Below are positions 7,801 to 16,502 of a DNA stretch of 40,341 nucleotides, one piece after another (positions within the stretch are counted from its first letter, which is position 1; each line of letters begins with the position of its first letter). Under the pieces are notes generated by a model that was not told where the DNA came from, made no database searches, and saw only the letters and a list, made by a program, of their open reading frames with translations. Position numbers and translations under genes: made by a program. Source of the stretch: Deltaproteobacteria bacterium (GTDB lineage: Bacteria > Desulfobacterota > Desulfobulbia > Desulfobulbales > BM004); contig JAHEID010000003.1 in NCBI GenBank assembly GCA_024639555.1, positions 1 to 40,341 of the forward strand. Reading direction: 5' to 3'.

Positions 7801-8713
7801 CCTGGATATCCCTGATCCTGCCGCCTGTCCCCGTTTCAGCCCCGGGAAAGGGGGCGACACCAGTTGGGAAGTTATGGGTTTCAGCAGTAAAGATTATGTG
7901 ATAGGGCAACTTGCGTTTGGTAAAAGGAGAAGGGTTTCCGGGGCTCTCCGGCAGGATGGTGGAAATATCCCGGCCGCGGATGCCGCTGGAGTTGTCCTTA
8001 AAAGCTATAATACTGTTGGTCCCATTGGCTTCCAGGGTAGACTGCACAATTTCCATCAGCGTCTCGGGTTCTTCCTTTTCATCAATAATATGCTTGCCGC
8101 GAAAAAAACCATGGCGTGAATGCTCGCTGTTGGCATTATTTAAGTCCATGATTTCTACGATGGTCGGGTTGCGCCCATGCTTTGCGACAAAGTAGTCATA
8201 ATAGAAATTTCTATCCCACTCATCCATTGAGATGCCAGGTAACTCCTGAAGAGCCGCTGGTCCTTTTTCCATCAGAGGAACATCGAAGACGCCATCAGGG
8301 GCGATGCCGGTTTCAAATGTTGAAAGCGGTTCGGGGTATAGACATTCCGTCATACGGTCATGATGCTCGGCTATAAACTTTTTCCGGTCACTAACGTCTT
8401 TAACAAGATATCTCCGGGAGCGTTCCATGCGGGTAACCTTGTTTAGGCCGGTAGCATGACAGATTGAAACCATGTTGGACGACCAGGCAGTTGCAAAATT
8501 CAGCCTGGGTCCAAGCTCCACCACATCTTTTTCTGCCGCCAGAAAATGTGAGCGTATACCGACTGTTTCCAAAATAAATCCATCTGCAAGAAGAAACTGC
8601 AACCTGGATATTTCCCCATCTGTCAGGGGTCCTGTCGATTCAATATTAAAGCAGAACTCCTTTTCATTGTTTACCTGCCTGTATAAATGTCTGATATGCA
8701 TCACGGTCCTCAT
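4886..8713 (-). CDS. purL: Phosphoribosylformylglycinamidine synthase, large single-chain type
   Basis: NSEHSRH, ETHNFPT, GGKDSLSM, glutaminase GVCNGCQ and MPHPER motifs; start uncertain (8701/8713/8746). Confidence 0.97.
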   Translation of the reverse strand: MRTVMHIRHLYRQVNNEKEFCFNIESTGPLTDGEISRLQFLLADGFILETVGIRSHFLAAEKDVVELGPRLNFATAWSSNMVSICHATGLNKVTRMERSRRYLVKDVSDRKKFIAEHHDRMTECLYPEPLSTFETGIAPDGVFDVPLMEKGPAALQELPGISMDEWDRNFYYDYFVAKHGRNPTIVEIMDLNNANSEHSRHGFFRGKHIIDEKEEPETLMEIVQSTLEANGTNSIIAFKDNSSGIRGRDISTILPESPGNPSPFTKRKLPYHIIFTAETHNFPTGVAPFPGAETGTGGRIRDIQGTGRGGLVVGGTAAYCVANLQIPDYDLPWEEKGFAYPSNLASGLEIEIEASNGASDYGNKFGEPIIQGFTRSFDMRLSNGERWGFLKPIMFTGGIGQIDDRHIEKADAEKDMFIVQIGGPAYRVGFGGGAASSMLQGDNVEDLDFNAVQRGDAEMEQKMNRAIRTCIEMGEKSLIDVIHDQGAGGPGNVLKELVEKSGGRIDIREIKVGDPTMSVLEIYVAEYQERNGLLIRPENIGEFKEICKREKVNCEVLGTVTGDGRFVVSDGQDNTTPVDLELHEVLGNIPQKTFYDRRLQEPLAPLELPHNLTVREALKNVLRLVSVGSKRFLTNKVDRSVTGLIAQQQCCGPLQATVADVAVIAQSHFELSGAATAIGEQPIKMLVDPMAGARMAVGEALTNLVWAQIDTLEGVKCSANWMWAPKLPGEGAALYDAACAMRDAMISLGIAVDGGKDSLSMATRVDEETVKSPRELVISVYATMEDITRVVTPDLKRAGGSILLFVDLGQGQNRLGGSALAQTVKQIGNTAPDMDSPTLVKKGFNALQECIAQELVLSGHDRSDGGLITTLLEMAFGGNCGLDIDLRGTGSPIEHLFSEELGLVVECTPEKVQEVEGLLTERAIPFAVIGRTTSEKHIQVQFNNEPVLAESMQELRQVWEETSYQLERLQMNPVCAVEEKQNIYDRQGPQYFMGFTPRETSQEVLESPDKPQVAILRDEGSNSDREMTSAFYAAGFEPWDIAMTDLLAGKVGLEGFRGLAAVGGFSYADVPESAKGWAATILFNERLKKMFDDFYSRADTFSLGVCNGCQLFALLGWVPWQGIEPADQPRFVRNVSGRFESRWSTVKVLNSKAIMLRGMENLTFGIHVAHGEGRLQFPDGTIHEKISNDGLAALAFVDDEGLPTEQYPFNPNGSPEGLTGLCSNDGRHLAMMPHPERSFLKWQAHWLPEEMKKELRVTPWLQMFQNAYQWCRETE

Positions 8714-9208
8714 CTGTTCGTTCTGTGAAAATGCTTCGAAAAACACAATGATACTGGGGTGTTACGGGAAGCCCTTTTTAAAAGGCCGATCTTCTGTGCT
8801 TGAAGCGTAAAAGATAGCGCGAGACAACAAATAGAACAAGGGTCTTTCAGCAGAAAAGTACCTCTGAAATAAAATTCTGGCGCGGCTCTTCCCGGGCTCT
8901 TAATTTTATGAATAAAGTTGACGGGTTAAAATGAGTCTAAAGACTGCTGAAACTAAACGTTGTATCCTCCAAATACTCGGCGCAGGAGCCAGTACCCCCC
9001 ACTTCTTCTTTTTGCCCTCAAGCTTTGCTTTTTTATAGAAAAGGATATTATTTATTAGCCACTTCGGGCTATAAATGTTCCACTTATATCTGAGAGAATA
9101 TTCTCCTTGACAATTGGTATTGTATTCCATAGGTAATGAAGCTGTTGAAGACAAAATATACCTATTGTTAAAGCCCTAAATACAAACCCGATCAGTAAGG
9201 ATAACCAC

Positions 9209-11530
9209 ATGTCAATCCCGGATAAAGACGGCGGTTCAAAAGATGTAAAAGGCCAATCCACAAAAGCTGTGGAGCCGGATTTTCTTATAGAGTTATTGGA
9301 TGGAAAAGAAGAGGCTACTCTCAGCAGTCCTTTTCTGCCTGATGAAAAAAAAATTGAGGTCATTTTATCCCGCAACGGCAAGAAAAAAACCTATGCTCTG
9401 CATGAGGTCTGTTGCATCCTGCAAAAAGACGACCCGAACCATCGCAGCAGCCTGCACAAAGACCATGACCTCATGGAAATCGAAACCCTTGCCGGCTCCC
9501 AACACCTTGTAAGGATTGCCAAGGGGCAATCATTCCAGGAAGGATTTTATGGTTCTTTTCTTGACCTGGACAATCCCTACAGGTCTGTTTTTTTTACCCA
9601 CCTTGGAGTGAAATCAAGCCGGCAGCTCAACTTTCTTGGCACAATACTTGAAGAGCAGGGAATGGTGTCCCGCGAAACTCTGCAGGAGGTTATCCGTGAT
9701 TACAACAGCATAAAGAAAAAAAGGATTGGCGAGACAATTGCCCAGAAGCATAACCTGAACCAGGAGGAGATTGAAAAAATCCTGCGCAAGATGCAGAAAG
9801 CTGGCAAAATTCCTTCCAGTGCACGTGTCGGTGATATTCTCATTGCCTCAAAACTTATTACCCAGGAACAACTGGAAGATGCTATTGCCCAGCAGGTCAT
9901 AGATAAAAAGAAAAAAATCGGGGCATTGCTTGTTGAACGCAAGCATATAAATGCAGACCAGCTCCTCTCAGCACTTGCAATCAAATTCCAGCTTGAGTTT
10001 GTTAACCTTGAAGGTTTGGAGCCGACACAAAAGGCTTTAAATGCAATCCCCCCCCCCCTTGTCTCGCAAATGCAGATACTGCCGCTTAAAGACAAGGGTG
10101 ACCACTTATTGGTAGCCACCTCAAAACCTGCCGAGCATGCGGAGCTTGGGGACCTCCTGCGATTTATTACCAACCGCAGGATAAAATTTGTGGTGGCGCC
10201 CACCGCACAAATCAGTGAGGCCATCGACAAACATTACACCAGAGATGAAGAAAAGGTTCAAGACCTCATCGGCGAAATGACCGAAGAAGCCGTGGCTGTT
10301 GCTGATCCAGCAGACTCAGCAGATATTGATGAAACAGATTCTCAAATCATCAAACTGGTGAATAAAATTCTTATAGATGCATATAACAAAGATGCGTCAG
10401 ACATCCACCTTGAACCGGGGATAGGAATAGACCCCCTCACCGTACGCTACCGAGTTGATGGCATGTGCCATATCAGCCATAAAGTCCCCTTCGGGTATAA
10501 AAAAGCCTTGCTGTCTCGAGTAAAAATTATGTCCAATTTGAATATTACCGAGCGTCGCAAACCCCAGAGCGGCAAGATAGCAATCCGCTACAAAAATAGA
10601 AAAATCGAATACCGGGTGGAAACCACTCCTACAGTTGGCGGCAATGAGGATGCTGTGCTGCGTATCCTGACAAAGGCGGAGCCCATGCAGCTAGAAAAAA
10701 TTGGCTTTTCGGCCCATGGGCTGAAAAAATTTAAGGAGGTGCTTTCGCGGCCCGCTGGAATGATCCTGTGTGTTGGGCCTACAGGATCAGGCAAAACAAC
10801 AACGCTTCATTCTGCCTTAAGTTTTATCAACACGCCGGATCGAAAAATATGGACCGCGGAAGATCCCGTGGAAATCACCCAGAAAGGGTTGAGGCAGGTC
10901 CAGGTCAACCCGCTGATAGGCTTCACGTTCCAGGAAGCACTCCGCTCATTCCTGCGCTCCGACCCTGATGTCATTATGGTTGGCGAGATGCGTGACAGGG
11001 AAACAGCCAAGACAGCCATTGAGGCATCCCTTACCGGCCACGTTGTTTTTTCGACGCTCCATACAAATAATGCCCCTGAGACTCTGGTTCGCCTTGTTGA
11101 AATGGGCATGGACCCCATAAGTTTTTCCGAGGCACTTGCCATGGTTATTGCCCAGCGACTGATTCGCCTGCTCTGCCTAAAATGCAAAAAGGAACACAAA
11201 CCCGGCACTGAGGAATATGACAAGCTGAAAGAGGCTTATGATCCAGTATGGTTTAAGAAACACGGCATGGATAAAATTTATGCAAAAGCGATCTTTAAAA
11301 AAAAGGTGGGGTGTAAAGAATGTGACCAGGTAGGCTACCGGGATCGAAGGGCAATTTTTGAAATACTGGAAAGCACGGCCGATATAAAGCGTGGCATTAA
11401 AGAAAGGGCATCAACCGAAGAGTTAAAAATGATGGCCCTTCAAAACGGCATGCACACCTTGCGCATGGATGCAGTTGAAAAAATTTTTCTAGGTGTAACC
11501 GACCTTAGTGAGGTTTTAAGGGTCTGTTAA
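9209..11530 (+). CDS. GspE/PulE/PilB-family secretion ATPase with MshEN repeats
   Basis: Walker A GPTGSGKT, EDPVE, LRSDPDVIMVGEMRD, TGHVVFSTLHTN, CxxC...CxxC; N-terminal RxG-xxL repeats. Confidence 0.93.
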   Translation: MSIPDKDGGSKDVKGQSTKAVEPDFLIELLDGKEEATLSSPFLPDEKKIEVILSRNGKKKTYALHEVCCILQKDDPNHRSSLHKDHDLMEIETLAGSQHLVRIAKGQSFQEGFYGSFLDLDNPYRSVFFTHLGVKSSRQLNFLGTILEEQGMVSRETLQEVIRDYNSIKKKRIGETIAQKHNLNQEEIEKILRKMQKAGKIPSSARVGDILIASKLITQEQLEDAIAQQVIDKKKKIGALLVERKHINADQLLSALAIKFQLEFVNLEGLEPTQKALNAIPPPLVSQMQILPLKDKGDHLLVATSKPAEHAELGDLLRFITNRRIKFVVAPTAQISEAIDKHYTRDEEKVQDLIGEMTEEAVAVADPADSADIDETDSQIIKLVNKILIDAYNKDASDIHLEPGIGIDPLTVRYRVDGMCHISHKVPFGYKKALLSRVKIMSNLNITERRKPQSGKIAIRYKNRKIEYRVETTPTVGGNEDAVLRILTKAEPMQLEKIGFSAHGLKKFKEVLSRPAGMILCVGPTGSGKTTTLHSALSFINTPDRKIWTAEDPVEITQKGLRQVQVNPLIGFTFQEALRSFLRSDPDVIMVGEMRDRETAKTAIEASLTGHVVFSTLHTNNAPETLVRLVEMGMDPISFSEALAMVIAQRLIRLLCLKCKKEHKPGTEEYDKLKEAYDPVWFKKHGMDKIYAKAIFKKKVGCKECDQVGYRDRRAIFEILESTADIKRGIKERASTEELKMMALQNGMHTLRMDAVEKIFLGVTDLSEVLRVC

Positions 11531-11558
11531 GATCTACCCTGAAGAAATAATTCTGCCA

Positions 11559-11891
11559 TCAGGCCATAATCCTTTCTTCATGCAGCATTTTATCAACGAA
11601 CCGCAGGACAAAGTCGCGCTGTGCCGCTGTCGCATAAGCAATACAGGAACAGTGCAGATTCGCCTGGCTGCGGACCAGCATTTCAAAGCAAACCGCCTCG
11701 GCTTCAAGCACCACGCCAAAGAAGAAGGGGTTGCAGCCCTTATGGGCACGCTGTTCATGACCGAGTAAATCCTGCGGAACCTCAATCCAGTAGACCCCAT
11801 CTACCGGACCGGGCGTCAGGGTCCTTTGCAGATAGCTTTCAATGTTTGCCCTTTCCTCCCTGCTGAGCTCGTCAATCTTATACTGTCGCAC
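11559..11891 (-). CDS. Conserved-looking hypothetical protein
   Basis: GTG start at 11891 with GGGAGG RBS; HCSCIAYA motif. Confidence 0.75.
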   Translation of the reverse strand: MRQYKIDELSREERANIESYLQRTLTPGPVDGVYWIEVPQDLLGHEQRAHKGCNPFFFGVVLEAEAVCFEMLVRSQANLHCSCIAYATAAQRDFVLRFVDKMLHEERIMA

Positions 11892-12067
11892 AGCGCGCCT
11901 CCCTTTACAGACATTTCGCTGCAATCCCGCCCAGGCTAGGCTGTTTACCTTTCATCCGGGCAATATAGCTTTTTTATTTGCACCTCTTGCTCGCTTCCTG
12001 CCGGAAAACCTATAGTTGCTTCTTCAATCCTGATATGGGAGCTATCTGTCACGGTTCAAACGGCTGC

Positions 12068-13159
12068 CTACAGATCAAGAAACGTTTTGTCCCGGTTGAG
12101 GATGGTGCATCCTTTCTTTTCAATAACAACCATGTTTTCCAAGCGAACCCCACCCCGGCCTGGAAGATAGATACCCGGTTCCACGGTCACAACCATTCCT
12201 GCCTGGAGTTTATTGCGCCGCATCCTGTTGAGGGACGGTGATTCGTGCACAGCAAGACCAACGCCATGCCCGAGACCGTGCCCAAAGTTTTTCCCATATC
12301 CCGCCCCGGAAATTACCTCCCTGGCCGCCCTGTCTGCCTCCCTGGCCATGATGCCGGCTTTGATGGTTTTGAGGGCAGCGCGCTGGGCCTTGCGCACCAA
12401 ACGTATAATTTTTACAATGCCCTTGTCGGGTTTACCCAGAACAACTGTCCGGGTCATATCAGAACAGTAACCGTCCAGCTTCAAGCCCATGTCAATAATT
12501 ATTGTCTCCCCTTCGCTCATCACCCTATCTGTAGGTACTGCGTGGGGCAAGGCAGCATTCGGGCCGGCAGCAACAATAGTTGGAAATGCCACCGCATCTG
12601 CACCTCTATGCATCATGGTTGACTCAATGTCAAGGGCAACCTCTCTTTCTGTTTTTCCTGGTTTTAAATGAGCAAATACCTCCTGAAAAACAGACTCATT
12701 CAACAAAACAGATTGTTGGATTTTCTGTATTTCTTCCCGGGATTTTCTAATCCGCAGCTTTTCAACCATGCCGCTGACCGGTATCATTTCAATCCCCTGC
12801 TTTTGCCCCAAATCCATGAGCTTTATTGCGGCACCATACAGCAGGTAGTGGCTTTCAAAGGCCAGCCTTCGATGACCGCGCCGCCTCAAAATCCTCTTCA
12901 ATCCTTCCAGCAGGCTGCCCTGCAAGAGCAAGACCTCAAAGCCGACTGCCTCCTTCTCGGCCTGGAGCTGATAACGGGAATCGGTTAAGAGAAGAGGGGT
13001 TCCACGCCCGGGAACAAGCAGGACACCGGCGCTTTCTGCAATGGAGAGGTCGGTGGCTGTAAAGCCACTGAGATAACGCCTGTTTTCTGGCTGGGTAACC
13101 AAAAGGGCGTCAGCACCCTTTCGCCTTATCGCTGCCTGGATTTTATCAAGTGATTTCAA
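12068..13159 (-). CDS. Xaa-Pro aminopeptidase (M24B; creatinase N-domain + peptidase M24)
   Basis: NRRYLSGF, GYCSDMTRT, HGLGHGVGLAVHE, VEPGIY, GVRLE; start probably the TTG near 13159 rather than 13270. Confidence 0.93.
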   Translation of the reverse strand: MKSLDKIQAAIRRKGADALLVTQPENRRYLSGFTATDLSIAESAGVLLVPGRGTPLLLTDSRYQLQAEKEAVGFEVLLLQGSLLEGLKRILRRRGHRRLAFESHYLLYGAAIKLMDLGQKQGIEMIPVSGMVEKLRIRKSREEIQKIQQSVLLNESVFQEVFAHLKPGKTEREVALDIESTMMHRGADAVAFPTIVAAGPNAALPHAVPTDRVMSEGETIIIDMGLKLDGYCSDMTRTVVLGKPDKGIVKIIRLVRKAQRAALKTIKAGIMAREADRAAREVISGAGYGKNFGHGLGHGVGLAVHESPSLNRMRRNKLQAGMVVTVEPGIYLPGRGGVRLENMVVIEKKGCTILNRDKTFLDL

Positions 13160-13181
13160 ATTGTGAGGAGTTAATTGTTTT

Positions 13182-13445
13182 TTATAATGGGACAAAGTAG
13201 ATATATGCCTTTGCTCCCAGACGATAGACCCTGGCGTGCAGGTCCCGAATTGCCGCAATAGGATCAACATTGCCCAGACTAACCCGATAGCTGAACGGTT
13301 TTTCCAGTTCCATCATGTGGCCGAAACAGTTTTTGTCATAGCGTATTTCGGCTCCTTCGGCATACCACTCTGCCAGGCGCTGCTTGATCTTTGGGTAATC
13401 TTCCGGTGCGGCTTCTTCTAAATCCAGGTGGATTTCTATTTCCAT
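13182..13445 (-). CDS. Hypothetical protein
   Basis: 87-aa ORF, GGAG RBS, co-oriented within the operon. Confidence 0.7.
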   Translation of the reverse strand: MEIEIHLDLEEAAPEDYPKIKQRLAEWYAEGAEIRYDKNCFGHMMELEKPFSYRVSLGNVDPIAAIRDLHARVYRLGAKAYIYFVPL

Positions 13446-13494
13446 GTTTTTTGCTGCTCCAACGTATTCAATATCGGAAAAGTGCCTTGGTCTT

Positions 13495-14082
13495 CTACAG
13501 GGTAACGGAAAAGCTCTGGGCTACCAATTCTTTATGCTGCTGCAGAACTTGATTGTACTGGCCGTCCAGGTCTGACTTCACCTTGGACCACTCCTCCTGA
13601 AACTTGGGATGCGTCCTCGGGTCCATCTTCATGCCCAGGCCCTTTTGGCCTGTCTGCTGGGCCAGGGCCTGCTCCATCTGCTGCCTGAAGGCGTCTTCCA
13701 CCTGCTGGTGAATTTCTTTTTTGTGCTGCTGGTAGTGCTCCAATATTCCTTTCATTTCCCTGAACACCGATTCCAGATCGCCGCTTCCCTTCGCAAGCTC
13801 TAAAAGACCCTGCATCGCCTTTTCGGCTCTTTGCTTTTCATCATCTCTTGGCAGGGTGATATTTCTTAAAAGGACCTGCACCAGGCCTTTTTTTACAAGA
13901 GCTGAAACGCCTGTTGCCTCCAGAATACCAGAAAAATCAACCTCCTTTCCCTGAAGATAGTCAGCAGCCATGCGCATGCCTGCTTTCATTCTTTCTTCGG
14001 TCTGAATTTCTTCCTGGCTGGCGCGGCCCATGGAGGCGGCCCGTTCCATTACTTTTTCAAGTGTGCTTTTTATCTCTGCCAT
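13495..14082 (-). CDS. Conserved hypothetical helical protein (MAEIKSTLE... type)
   Basis: Gln/Glu-rich helical ORF; ATG at 14082 preferred over the TTG at 14118. Confidence 0.8.
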   Translation of the reverse strand: MAEIKSTLEKVMERAASMGRASQEEIQTEERMKAGMRMAADYLQGKEVDFSGILEATGVSALVKKGLVQVLLRNITLPRDDEKQRAEKAMQGLLELAKGSGDLESVFREMKGILEHYQQHKKEIHQQVEDAFRQQMEQALAQQTGQKGLGMKMDPRTHPKFQEEWSKVKSDLDGQYNQVLQQHKELVAQSFSVTL

Positions 14083-14453
14083 TATGGAGCACCTTTTAGG
14101 GGAAGCTTTTGCAAACAATTTCAGCCTGAATTCAACGCCTCATTTCTTATGGCGTGACGAGCTTTATACGCTATATTCGGTCAAGAGACAAGAGAGCAAC
14201 ATAAAGATATTCTTTCTCTGCCTGCCTGTTAACTTTTACTGTCTGCGCTGGACAAAGAAGATCTTTTATCAGGAAGTTTTTTACCCCACTTCGTGTGGCA
14301 CTAAACAGATGTGAAAAAGAACTTTTTACAGTACAGTGCTTCCGTGTAAATCTTGCCCCCGGTCAACAAACATCGAAATATGCGGCGAAAGCCCAATTAT
14401 ATATTTGCATATATCTATAACGCAATTGCTTCTGTTTGAGGAGAATAAAAACA

Positions 14454-15137
14454 ATGGTCCACATAATTGTCCTTGCCACAAGAAATGCAGGCAAAGTAAA
14501 AGAGTTTCAACAGCTCTTGAAAGATTTTCCTGTGCAGGTAAAAAATCTCAATGATTTTGGTCCTATTCCAGAGGTTGAAGAGGATGGCGCCACTTTTGAT
14601 GACAATGCCTATAAAAAGGCTTCATTTGCGGCCAAGGTCCTTGGTTTGCCGACTATCGCCGATGACTCCGGGCTTGTGGTTGAGGCCCTTGGCGGGGCCC
14701 CTGGTGTAATGTCAGCCCGTTATGCCGGCGAGAATGCCACAGATCAGGAAAACATTGAAAAACTACTGGGAGAAATGGAGGGGAAAACCGATCGGGGCGC
14801 TGCATTTGAGTGCGTCATATCAATAGCAGTACCTTCCGGCCCGGCCTTGACATACGAGGGGCGCTGTGAAGGAAAAATCTCCACGGAACCGAAAGGTGTT
14901 TCAGGCTTTGGTTATGATCCGGTCTTCTACTTCCCGGAATATGGCAAAACCTTTGCCGAATTAACGAGCGAAGAAAAAAACAGGGTCAGTCACAGGGGAA
15001 AGGCGCTGGCTCAGGTGGCAGCGGAGTTCGATAAAATTCTCGCATGGCTGAAGGCGCGGTTGGCTGAAGTCAGGCCTCCAAAGCCAGACCACACCAAATT
15101 TGAGCATAATGACTGGTCGGAAGACAAAATGGTATAG
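14454..15137 (+). CDS. rdgB: XTP/dITP diphosphatase (RdgB/HAM1 family)
   Basis: ATRNAGK, ADDSGL, PGVMSARY, GFGYDPVF, SHRGKA; GAGGAG RBS. Confidence 0.96.
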   Translation: MVHIIVLATRNAGKVKEFQQLLKDFPVQVKNLNDFGPIPEVEEDGATFDDNAYKKASFAAKVLGLPTIADDSGLVVEALGGAPGVMSARYAGENATDQENIEKLLGEMEGKTDRGAAFECVISIAVPSGPALTYEGRCEGKISTEPKGVSGFGYDPVFYFPEYGKTFAELTSEEKNRVSHRGKALAQVAAEFDKILAWLKARLAEVRPPKPDHTKFEHNDWSEDKMV

Positions 15138-15245
15138 TTCCTCTCTTCACAGACTTTGTGGGTTTCATAAAGCTCGACCAATTAAACTTGCAATCTGTTC
15201 CTTTTGTTCTCTGTCACCTTTTCAAAGGGGTGTCACTGGTACTCA

Positions 15246-15372
15246 TGATGGCAAACAAAAAAATCCGGATACTAGGCGTGCACATTTTGCGGAATGAGGC
15301 GTACTGCTGGTACGCCGCAATGACAAAAAATGTAGCACAACAACGTAGACGGACTTTTTTTGTTTGTCATTA
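15246..15372. repeat. MITE/REP-like element with terminal inverted repeats (copy 1)
   Basis: TGATGGCAAACAAAAAAATCCG ... CGGACTTTTTTTGTTTGTCATTA; colinear with 37660-37787. Confidence 0.75.
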
Positions 15373-16395
15373 GTATTGTTCTTCTTTAAGGCTCCTGGCC
15401 AATAGATCCCTGACAGCATCCTTGCATGGTTTATCCTGGTATAAAACCTGATAAACCTGGTCCAGGATGGGCATTTCCACGCCAACTTTCCTGGCAAGAT
15501 TCCAGGCAGAGCGCGTTGTCTTTACCCCTTCGGCAACCATATTCATCTCAGAGAGGATCGTGCTTAATTTTTTGCCCTGTCCCAGCTTCAAACCTACCAT
15601 GCGGTTACGGCTCAGGTCTCCTGTACAGGTAAGAACCAGGTCTCCCAACCCCCCCAGGCCGGAAAAGGTGAGAGGGTCTGCCCCCATTGATACTCCGAGC
15701 CGGCTTATTTCCGCCAAGCCTCTCGTGATAAGCGCTGCCCTTGTATTTGTGCCGTATCCGAGTCCGTCACAGATGCCGGCCCCAATGGCAACAATATTTT
15801 TTAATGCGCCGCCCAGCTCTAAACCGATCACATCTGTTGCGGCATATACTCTGAAAAGAGGGGTGGAAAGAGCCCTTTGGATATAGATGGCCTCTTCCTT
15901 ATTCTGCGAAGCAACCGTAACAGCAGTGGGTAATCCTGCGGCAACTTCCTTGGCGAAACTGGGGCCGGACAGCACCCCTGTCTTAATATTTCTTTCTCCT
16001 GCACCTGCTGCGGATGACAGGACATCCTCCATAACCTGGGTCATGGTGAGCAATGAGTCGTTTTCAATTCCCTTGGACGCGGAAACGACGGACGCTTCAT
16101 TGTGCAGATATGGTTCGAGCCCTGTGAATACTTCGCGAAAAACATGGGAGGGTACAACCATTATGATGATTGTATGACCTTCAACCGCTTCCCTGAGATC
16201 AGCAACCGGCGTAACCGTGTCTGCAAGTGTAAACCCCGGGAGATAGGCCTTGTTCTGGCGGGTCGCTTTGAGCTCTTCAACGTGTTCCTTGCGGTGGGCC
16301 CATAAAGATACTGTTTGGCCCAGGTCACCAATTGGTTTTGTCAGGGCTGTTCCCCAGCTGCCTGCCCCTATAACAGCTATCTTTTCAACTGTCAT
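15370..16395 (-). CDS. gpsA: NAD(P)H-dependent glycerol-3-phosphate dehydrogenase
   Basis: GAGSWGTAL, SGPSFA, GGALKN, GLGDLVLTC, SRN motifs. Confidence 0.97.
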   Translation of the reverse strand: MTVEKIAVIGAGSWGTALTKPIGDLGQTVSLWAHRKEHVEELKATRQNKAYLPGFTLADTVTPVADLREAVEGHTIIIMVVPSHVFREVFTGLEPYLHNEASVVSASKGIENDSLLTMTQVMEDVLSSAAGAGERNIKTGVLSGPSFAKEVAAGLPTAVTVASQNKEEAIYIQRALSTPLFRVYAATDVIGLELGGALKNIVAIGAGICDGLGYGTNTRAALITRGLAEISRLGVSMGADPLTFSGLGGLGDLVLTCTGDLSRNRMVGLKLGQGKKLSTILSEMNMVAEGVKTTRSAWNLARKVGVEMPILDQVYQVLYQDKPCKDAVRDLLARSLKEEQY

Positions 16396-16502
16396 CAGTT
16401 CGCCACCTGACCTTTCTCCTGAAGAAATTCTTCATAATTATCCCCATCCAGGCGTCAACTACCGCAACTTGCTGGAGGGGCATATCTCACCGCCAGGTTA
16501 GA

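Noticed and set aside
13160-13270. N-terminal extension of the M24 peptidase given in the ORF track
   Set aside because: Overlaps the upstream 13182-13445 gene and lies outside the creatinase N-domain
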